Source: Eledone cirrhosa (Eukaryota). From it: a stretch of 64,000 nt of DNA. The notes under the pieces are model-generated. The model saw nothing but the letters and a program-made list of their open reading frames with translations. It had not been told where the DNA came from and did no database searches. Within the stretch, counting starts at the first letter, position 1. Every line of letters starts with the position of its first letter. The position numbers were made by a program, and so were the translations under genes. The stretch spans positions 24,862,001 to 24,926,000 of the forward strand of contig OZ024740.1 in the NCBI GenBank assembly GCA_964016885.1. The letters run 5' to 3'. Shown here one piece after another: positions 54,364-64,000 of this stretch.

Positions 54364-54432
54364 TGTTACAATTGTTTCGCATTTCGGAGCATATTCTCTC
54401 ACAAAGAGAATATGCTCCGAAATCATTAGACG
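54364..54432 (-). ncRNA. Hammerhead-like motif with perfect 18-bp stem II and G5A core change
   Basis: Reverse complement reads GT-CTAATGA-TTTCGGAGCATATTCTCT-ttgtg-AGAGAATATGCTCCGAAA-TGC-GAAA-CAATTG-TA-AC. Confidence 0.55.
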
Positions 54433-54786
54433 TCTCCGTCGAACCTGCGGGTCCGGCTTCAGAGTGATCCACACAATGATCGCGTCTCGAGCTGTCCGCC
54501 GGGGAAACAAATGTAACGTCTGTATTTGCGTGTGTAAATAGAGAAATAGACAGATGAAAGATGAATAGATAGAAATAGAGGCTAATTGAAATGCAATGCG
54601 TTTAAGGTGTATGCTTTAATAAAAGCTACAATTGTAGCCTCACTGCTTTTACCGCACATGTTTGCCCTCCCTGGGTAAAAAGTAGAATCGATCTTACAAC
54701 TTTCCAATTTGTTTTCAGTGTTTCATCATATATAGTTAGACCTATCTTATGTCCATAGTGAGACATGTAGATTATAACTAAGTATA

Positions 54787-54963
54787 ATTGTTTCTACTTT
54801 TGGCACAAGGCCAGTAATTACCCAGTACCTTACTGATACTTTATTTTATCGTCCTCGTAAGGACTAAAGGCAAAGTTAACCTCGGGGGGATTTGAACTCA
54901 GTTCGTAAGAGGACATAACTCTTTGCTAAAAAGCATGGCGTCCGACTCTCTACCGATACTGCT
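54787..54963 (-). mobile_element. tRNA-derived SINE (Nin/Deu-like family)
   Basis: Aligns with 53315-53492. Confidence 0.75.
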
Positions 54964-55019
54964 CTAAGCTACTCGTTATAATTTACTTGACAAACTGTCT
55001 TAATCTAAAGTCTGTCTCG

Positions 55020-55275
55020 AACGCAAATACTCAGTAACCGGTATTTCTCCCGGTTACCGTGTTGTTTAAGGACTGAGAGTACGAGGCATCACCTGAACAG
55101 GACGCTAGTCCATCACCGGTTAAATCCCCAGGTACTGCTGGTTCTCATTTTCAACTCAGTATACTGGAGCAACTTAAAACGAAGTGTTTTAATGAAGAAT
55201 ACATCACACAACCCAGTCCAGTAATCGAAACCACGACCTTATGATCGGTAGTCCAACACACTTACCACTAGGCGA
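55020..55275 (-). mobile_element. tRNA-derived SINE
   Basis: Reverse complement reads CGCCTAGTGGTAAGTGTGTTGGAC..GTTTCGATTACTGGAC..GTTGCTCCAGT. Confidence 0.7.
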
Positions 55276-55448
55276 GAGTCTATCTGTAGGCAGATTATTG
55301 TGATTCATCTGATCACTATCTCGACGTCTTTGAACGTCATATTTACAATTATCCCCTAAAACACTCATTAGAGCTCACGCAAAATATTAAATAATCTACG
55401 TTCTCAGTGCGTGTTAGGTTTTGTAAAAATTGGAGTGACTAGTTTAGC

Positions 55449-55680
55449 TGAAGGCGCCTGGCTTAGTGGTTTGAGAGTTGGATTCGCAAACGTTAGATTG
55501 TGAGTTCAATTATGAGATCGTGTGATGCGCTGTGCCCTCGAACAAGTCACTTTATTTCACGTTTCTCTTTCTACCAGGAGTTGCGACCAGTAGATTGTAG
55601 TAATGGAAAGACCAGTGGAAGCATTGTGTCCTTGGTCCGATTCGACGGCAAGCGAATGAACTGGATCACTTCGATCGATC
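55449..55680 (+). mobile_element. tRNA-derived SINE
   Basis: Aligns end to end with 8537-8751. Confidence 0.8.
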
Positions 55681-55908
55681 AGAAAGAGAGAGTTTAGCTA
55701 AGTTCTTAATTCTATACAGTATAAATAGGTACAAGCTATAATCCCGCCATTGAAACAGATTAACCACATTTGTTTTGTCTGCGCACAGACATATGTCCTT
55801 GTCGTCTTATCATATCTTTTCTTTTTACAGGATAATGCAAATTCATGTTTATTAGAATATATAAACATTACAACACAAGTCTTTTTAAATTATCCAAAAA
55901 TGAAAATG

Positions 55909-56290
55909 TGGAGGCGTGCGGCCTAGTAAGGGTGTTGGACTTACAATCATAATGTCGTGGGTTCGATTCCAGAACTGTTTTGTGTGTTGTGTTTTGGAGC
56001 AAAATACTTCATTTCACATTGCTCCAGTATACTCAGCTGAAAATGAGTACCAGCTGAGTTTTTACCTCTGCGATAGTCTGGTGTCATGTCCAGGAGTCTT
56101 GTACTCTCAGTCACTTAACATCAATGAAACTGGGTTAAGCTTTGTCCTGGTGAACCTTGGTGGCTTGGGACTGACATTAACCTTGTGATGTACTGGCGTC
56201 CACTCGAGGTAGGAGTCTTGTACCCTCAGTCGATTAACGCCACAGAACCAGGATAAGCACCGGCCTGGTGAATTTCCGGGTTCGAGACAG
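55909..56290 (+). mobile_element. tRNA-derived SINE with duplicated 3' segment
   Basis: GGAGGCGTGCGGCCTAGT..GGGTTCGATTCC; GGAGTCTTGTAC.CTCAGTC is repeated at ~56093 and ~56213. Confidence 0.72.
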
Positions 56291-56442
56291 AGATCAGACT
56301 TTTAGTTAGAACATGAACATATCAATTAATTAGCCACATTGATCAGTGTACAGATTAAACGCCATTAGTTTCTACGAATACTGATCTAGCTGTTCAATCA
56401 AGGAAACTCGTTAAATCAATGTGTGAGAAGTCGACGGAGACG

Positions 56443-56784
56443 TGCAAGGATCGGCTGAAAGGTGCATAGGCTGAGCAAGATACTCTCATGGAATGTCCAA
56501 ATGAGGTATATTTTTCAGCATAGTCAATGGAACGAAACAATGCAGTTATTAATGGGAAAATTTAAAACGAATGCATGCGAAATTTAATAGCTCTAGCATC
56601 ACTCCATTATAGTTTGACCAAAGACTCATGAATTGACAAAATGAGGTTTATTTTTCAACATAGTTACTGGAACAAAACAAGGCAATTATTAATATGAAAA
56701 ATTGAAATGGATGCATGTAAGATTTCACAGAACTAGCATCAATCCTTCATAGTAAGCCTATCAATTTTTCAGCCGACCTTCATA
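56443..56784. mobile_element. Mariner/Tc1-like MITE
   Basis: Imperfect TIRs AAGGATCGGCTGAAAGGTGCATAGGCT / AGCCTATCAATTTTTCAGCCGACCTT, with an internal ~145-bp duplication. Confidence 0.65.
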
Positions 56785-56814
56785 TATATTTAACGTAAAT
56801 CTCGAGGAGATTCA

Positions 56815-59800
56815 ATGAGACATTGTGTGACATGGACAGAGATTGGAGCTACAGGAAGTTCTAGTGACAATGTGACATGGTCAGCTATTGGAGTTAGAGA
56901 AAGTTGTATTAACATTGTGACATAGTCAGCTATTGGAGTTACAGGAAGTTCTGGTGACATTGTGACATGGTCAGCTATTGGAGTTACAGGAAGTTGTAGT
57001 GACAATGTGACATGGTCAGCTATTGGAGTTACAGGAAGTACTAGTGACAATGTGACATGGTCAGCTATTGGAGTTACAGGAAGTTCTAGAGACATTGTGA
57101 CATGGTCAGATATTGGATTTAGAGGAAGTTCTATTAACATTGTGACATGGTCAGCTATTGGAGTTACAGGAAGTTCTAGTGATAATGTGACATGGTCAGA
57201 TATTGGAGTTACAGGAAGTTCTAGTGACATTGTGACATTGTCAGATATTGGAGTTGCAGGAAGTTCTGGTGACATTGTGACATGGTCAGCTATTGGAGTT
57301 ACAGGAAGTTCTAGTGACAATGTGACATGGTCAGCTATTGGAGTTACAGGAAGTTCTGGTGACAATGTGACATGGTCAGATATTGGAGTTACAGGAAGTT
57401 CTAGTGACATTGTGACATGGTCAGCTATTGGATTTACAGGAAGTTGTAGTGACATTGTGACATGGTCAGCTATTGGAGTTACAGGAAGTTCTAGTGACAT
57501 TGTGACATGGTCAGATATTGGAGTTACAGGAAGTTCTAGTGACAATGTGACATGGTCAGCTATTGGAGTTACAGTAAATTGTAGTGACATAGTGACATGG
57601 TCAGCTATTGGAGTTACAGGAAGTTCTAGTGACAATGTGACATGTTCAGATATTGGAGTTACAGGAAGATCTATTGACATTGTGACATTGTCAGATATTG
57701 GAGCTACAGGAAGTTCTAGTGACAATGTGACATGGTCAGCTATTGGAGTTACAGGAAGGTCTAGTGACATTGTGACATGGTCAGATATTGGAGTTACATG
57801 AAGTTGTAGTGACATCGTGACATGGTCAGATATTGGAGTTACAGGAAGTTTTAGTGACGATGTGACATGGTCAGCTATTGGAGTTACAGGAAGTTCTAGT
57901 GACAATGTGACATGGTCAGCTATTGGAGTTACATGAAGTTGTAGAGACATTGTGTGACATGGTCAGCTATTGGAGTTACAGGAAGTTGTAGTGACATTGT
58001 CACATGGTCAGCTATTGTAGTTACATTAAGTTCTATTGACATTGTGACATGTTCAGATATTGGAGCTACAGGAAGTTCTAGTGACATTGTGACATGGTCA
58101 GATATTGGAGTTACAGGAAGTTCTAGTGACATTGTGACATGGTCAGATATTGGAGTTACAGGAAGTTGTTGTGACATTGTGACACGTTCAGATATTAGAG
58201 TTACAGGAAGTTCTAGTGACATTGTGACATGGTCAGATATTGGAGTTACAGGAAGTTGTAGTGACATTGTGACATGGTCAGCTATTGGAGTTACAGGAAG
58301 TTCTATTGACATTGTGACATGGTCAGCTATAGGAGTTACAGGAAGTTCTGGTGACATTGTGACATGGTCACCTATTGGAGTTACAGGAAGTTGTAGTGAC
58401 AATGTGACATGTTCAGCTATTGGAGTTACAGGAAGTTCTAGTGACAATGTGACATGGTCAGCTATTGGAGTTACAGGAAGTTCTAGTGACATTGTGACAT
58501 GGTCAGATATTGGAGTTACAGGAAGTTGTAGTGACATTGTGACATGGTCAGCTATTGGAGTTACAGGAGGTTCTAGTGACATTGTGACATGGTCAGATAT
58601 TGGAGTTACAGGAAGTTGTAGTGACATTGTGACATGTTCAGATATTGGAGTTACAGGAAGTTCTAGTGATAATGTGACATGGTCAGCTATTGGAGTTACA
58701 GGAAGTTCTAGTGACATTGTGAAATGGTCAGATAGTGGAGTCACAGGAAGTTGTAGTGACATTGTGACATTGTCAGATATTGGAGTTACAGGAAGTTGTA
58801 GTGACATTGTGACATGTTAAGCTATTGGAGTTACAGGAAGTTCTAGAGACATTCTGACATGGTCAGATATTGGAGTTACAGGAAGTTTTAGTGACAATGT
58901 AACATGGTCAGCTATTGGAGTTACAGGAAGTTCTGGTGACAATGCGACATGGTCAGATATTGGAGTTACAGGAAGTTCTAGTGACATTGTGACATGGTCA
59001 GCTATTAGAGTTACAGGAAGTTGTAGTGACATTGTGACATGGTCAGCTATTGGAGTTACAGTAAATTGTAGTGACATGGTGACATGGTCAGCTATTGGAG
59101 TTACAGGAAGTTCTAGTGACAATGTGACATGGTCAGATATTGGAGTTACAGGAAGTTCTAGTGACATTGTGACATGGTCAGATATTGGAGTTACATGAAG
59201 TTGTAGTGACATCGTGACATGGTCAGATATTGGAGTTACAGGAAGTTTTAGTGAAGATGTGACATGGTCTGCTATTGGAGTTACAGGAAGTTCTAGTGAC
59301 AATGTGACATGGTCAGCTATTGGAGTTACAGGAAGTTGTAGAGACATTGTGTGACATGGTCAGCTATTGGAGTTACAGGAAGTTGTAGTGACATTGTCAC
59401 ATGGTCAGCTATTGTAGTTAGAGTAAGTTCTATTGACATTGTGACATGTTCAGATATTGGAGCTACAGGAAGTTCTAGTGACATTGTGACATGGTCAGAT
59501 ATTGGAGTTACAGGAAGTTCTAGTGACATTGTGACATGATCAGATATTGGAGTTACAGGAAGTTGTTGTGACATTGTGACACGTTCAGATATTGGAGTTA
59601 CAGGAAGTTCTAGTGACATTGTGACATGGTCAGATATTGGAGTTACAGGAAGTTGTAGTGACATTGTGACATGGTCAGCTATTGGAGTTACAGGAAGTTC
59701 TAGTGACATTGTGACATGATCAGATATTGGAGTTACAGGAAGTTGTTGTGACATTGTGACACGTTCAGATATTGGAGTTACAGGAAGTTCTAGTGACATT

Positions 59801-62800
59801 GTGACATGGTCAGATATTGGAGTTACAGGAAGTTGTAGTGACATTGTGACATGGTCAGCTATTGGAGTTACAGGAAGTTCTAGTGACAATGTGACATGGT
59901 CAGATATTGGAGTTACAGGAAGTTCTAGTGACATTGTGACATGGTCAGATATTGGAGTTACATGAAGTTGTAGTGACATCGTGACATGGTCAGATATTGG
60001 AGTTACAGGAAGTTTTAGTGAAGATGTGACATGGTCAGCTATTTGAGTTACAGGAAGTTCCAGTGACAATGTGACATGGTCAGCTATTGGAGTTACAGGA
60101 AGTTGTAGAGACATTGTGTGACATGGTCAGCTATTGGAGTTACAGGAAGTTTTAGTGACATTGTCACATGGTCAGCTATTGTAGTTACAGTAAGTTGTAT
60201 TGACATTGTTACATGTTCAGATATTGGAGTTACAGGAAGTTCTAGTGACATTGTGACATGGTCAGATATTGGAGTTACAGGAAGTTCTAGTGACATTGTG
60301 ACATGATTAGATATTGGAGTTACAGGAAGTTGTTGTGACATTGTGACACGTTCAGATATTGGAGTTACAGGAAGTTCTAGTGACATTGTGACATGGTCAG
60401 ATATTGGAGTTACAGGAAGTTGTAGTGACATTGTGACATGGTCAGCTATTGGAGTTACAGGAAGTTCTAGTGACAATGTGACATGGTCAGATATTGGAGT
60501 TACAGGAATTTCTAGTGACATTGTGACATGCTCAGCTATTGGAGTTGCAGGAAGTTCTATTGACATTGTGACATGGTCAGCTATTGGAGTTACAGGAAGT
60601 TATGGTGACATTGTGACATGGTCAGCTATTGGAGTTATGGGAAGTTTTAGTGACAATGTGACATGGTCAGCTATTGGAGTTACAGGAAGTTCTAGTGACA
60701 TTTTGAAATGGTCAGATATTGGAGTCACAGGAAGTTGTAGTGATATTGTGACATTGTCAGATATTGTAGTTACAGGAAGTTGTAGTGACATTGTGACATG
60801 TTAAGCTATTGGAGTTACAGGAAGTTCTAGTGACATTGTGACATGGTCAGATATTGGAGTTACAGGAAGTTCTAGTGACAATGTGACATGGTCAGCTATT
60901 GGAGTTACAGTAAATTGTAGTGACATAGTGACATGGTCAGCTATTGGAGTTACAGGAAGTTCTAGTGACAATGTGACATGTTCAGATATTGGAGTTACAG
61001 GAAGATCTATTGACATTGTGACATTGTCAGATATTGGAGCTATAGGAAGTTCTAGTGACAATGTGACATGGTCAGCTATTGGAGTTACAGGAAGGTCTAG
61101 TGACATTGTGACATGGTCAGATATTGGAGTTACATGAAGTTGTAGTGACATCGTGACATGGTCAGATATTGGAGTTACAGGAAGTTTTAGTGACGATGTG
61201 ACATGGTCAGCTATTGGAGTTACAGGAAGTTCTAGTGACAATGTGACATGGTCAGCTATTGGAGTTACAGGAAGTTGTAGAGACATTGTGTGACATGGTC
61301 AGCTATTGGAGTTACAGGAAGTTGTAGTGACATTGTCACATGGTCAGCTATTGGAGTTACAGGAAGTTCTAGTGACAATGTGACATGGTCAGCTATTGGA
61401 GTTACAGGAAGTTCTGGTGACAATGTGACATGGTCAGCTATTGGATTTACAGGAAGTTGTAGTGACATTGTCACATGTTCAGCTATTGTAGTTACATTAA
61501 GTTCTATTGACATTGTGACATGTTCAGATATTGGAGCTACAGGAAGTTCTAGTGACATTGTGACATGGTCAGATATTGGAGTTACAGGAAGTTCTAGTGA
61601 CATTGTGACATGGTCAGATATTGGAGTTACAGGAAGTTGTTGTGACATTGTGACACGTTCAGATATTAGAGTTACAGGAAGTTCTAGTGACATTGTGACA
61701 TGGTCAGATATTGGAGTTACAGGAAGTTGTAGTGACATTGTGACATGGTCAGCTATTGGAGTTACAGGAAGTTCTATTGACATTGTGACATGGTCAGCTA
61801 TAGGAGTTACAGGAAGTTCTGGTGACATTGTGACATGGTCACCTATTGGAGTTACAGGAAGTTGTAGTGACAATGTGACATGTTCAGCTATTGGAGTTAC
61901 AGGAAGTTCTAGTGACAATGTGACATGGTCAGCTATTGGAGTTACAGGAAGTTCTAGTGACATTGTGACATGGTCAGATATTGGAGTTACAGGAAGTTGT
62001 AGTGACATTGTGACATGGTCAGCTATTGGAGTTACAGGAGGTTCTAGTGACATTGTGACATGGTCATATATTGGAGTTACAGGAAGTTGTCGTGACATTG
62101 TGACATGTTCAGATATTGGAGTTACAGGAAGTTCTAGTGACAATGTGACATGGTCAGCTATTGGAGTTACAGGAAGTTCTAGTGACATTGTGAAATGGTC
62201 AGATAGTGGAGTCACAGGAAGTTGTAGTGACATTGTGACATTGTCAGATATTGGAGTTACAGGAAGTTGTAGTGACATTGTGACATGTTAAGCTATTGGA
62301 GTTACAGGAAGTTCTAGTGACATTCTGACATGGTAAGATATTGGAGTTACAGGAAGTTTTAGTGACAATGTGACATGGTCAGCTATTGGAGTTACAGGAA
62401 GTTCTGGTGACAATGCGACATGGTCAGCTATTGGAGTTACAGGAAGTTGTAGAGACATTGTGTGACATGGTCAGCTATTGGAGTTACAGGAAGTTGTAGT
62501 GACATTGTCACATGGTCAGCTATTGTAGTTAGAGTAAGTTCTATTGACATTGTGACATGTTCAGATATTGGAGCTACAGGAAGTTCTAGTGACATTGTGA
62601 CATGGTCAGATATTGGAGTTACAGGAAGTTCTATTGACATTGTGACATGATCAGATATTGGAGTTACAGGAAGTTGTTGTGACATTGTGACACGTTCAGA
62701 TATTGGAGTTACAGGAAGTTCTAGTGACATTGTGACATGGTCAGATATTGGAGTTACAGGAAGTTGTAGTGACATTGTGACATGGTCAGCTATTGGAGTT

Positions 62801-64000
62801 ACAGGAAGTTCTAGTGACATTGTGACATGATCAGATATTGGAGTTACAGGAAGTTGTTGTGACATTGTGACACGTTCAGATATTGGAGTTACAGGAAGTT
62901 CTAGTGACATTGTGACATGGTCAGATATTGGAGTTACAGGAAGTTGTAGTGACATTGTGACATGGTCAGCTATTGGAGTTACAGGAAGTTCTAGTGACAA
63001 TGTGACATGGTCAGCTATTGGAGTTACAGGAAGGTCTAGTGACATTGTGACATGGTCAGATATTGGAGTTACATGAAGTTGTAGTGACATCGTGACATGG
63101 TCAGATATTGGAGTTACAGGAAGTTTTATTGACGATGTGACATGGTCAGCTATTGGAGTTACAGGAAGTTCTAGTGACAATGTGACATGGTCAGCTATTG
63201 GAGTTACAGGAAGTTGTAGAGACATTGTGTGACATGGTCAGCTATTGGAGTTACAGGAAGTTGTAGTGACATTGTCACATGGTCAGCTATTGGAGTTACA
63301 GGAAGTTCTAGTGACAATGTGACATGGTCAGCTATTGGAGTTACAGGAAGTTCTGGTGACAATGTGACATGGTCAGATATTGGAGTTACAGGAAGTTCTA
63401 GTGACATTGTGACATGGTCAGCTATTGGATTTACAGGAAGTTGTAGTGACATTGTGACATGGTCAGCTATTGGAGTTACAGGAAGTTCTATTGACATTGT
63501 GACATGGTCAGATATTGGAGTTACAGGAAGTTCTAGTGAAAATGTGACATGGTCAGCTATTGGAGTTACAGTAAATTGTAGTGACATAGTGACATGGTCA
63601 GCTATTGGAGTTACAGGAAGTTCTAGTGACAATGTGACATGTTCAGATATTGGAGTTACAGGAAGATCTATTGACATTGTGACATGTCAGATATTGGAGC
63701 TACAGGAAGTTCTAGTGACAATGTGACATGGTCAGCTATTGGAGTTACGGGAAGGTCTAGTGACATTGTGACATGGTCAGATATTGGAGTTACATGAAGT
63801 TGTAGTGACATCGTGACATGGTCAGATATTGGAGTTACAGGAAGTTTTAGTGACGATGTGACATGGTCAGCTATTGGAGTTACAGGAAGTTCTAGTGACA
63901 ATGTGACATGGTCAGCTATTGGAGTTACAGGAAGTTGTAGAGACATTGTGTCACATGGTCAGCTATTGGAGTTACAGGAAGTTGTAGTGACATTGTCACA
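56815..64000. repeat. 45-bp minisatellite array (>7.1 kb, ~160 units, continues past the window)
   Basis: Consensus GACATTGTGACATGGTCAG(C/A)TATTGGAGTTACAGGAAGTTCTAGT, with periodic 47-bp variant units and block duplications. Confidence 0.97.

Noticed and set aside
56790-63946. SLELPVTPIADHVT and VTWSAIGVTGSSSD repeat ORFs as a repetitive protein
   Set aside because: The unit is a multiple of 3 and open on both strands. Recurrent 2-bp frameshifts and stops are copied with the blocks, and no unique coding flanks were seen.

Overview
AT-rich, microsatellite-dense animal genomic DNA. The repeat content suggests a cephalopod or octopus genome, but that is an inference. I found no supportable host protein-coding exon. 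The window holds five Penelope-like retroelement (PLE) copies or fragments (RT plus C-terminal GIY-YIG), three of them with the inverted pseudo-LTR at the truncated 5' end. Many short PLE-type non-coding elements sit in (TA)n tracts. There are also CRE-type non-LTR 3' remnants, tRNA-derived SINEs, a non-autonomous Helitron, a mariner-like MITE, a 3.5-kb (TATGG)n satellite and a >7-kb 45-bp minisatellite. The main discovery is a dense set of hammerhead ribozymes (HHRs). It includes a 5.8-copy array of a 310-bp structured unit with one type I HHR per unit (13608-15404), which looks like a retrozyme or circular-RNA element. Two diverged relatives (15881-16222, 23046-23370) keep the same fold, one with compensatory changes. 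Recurrent non-canonical HHR cores also appear: U3-A8 swaps, U-U closure of stem II, very long stem II, and a possible strand-scrambled HHR in a ~620-nt circularly permuted element. All structures were folded by eye, and no activity is demonstrated.
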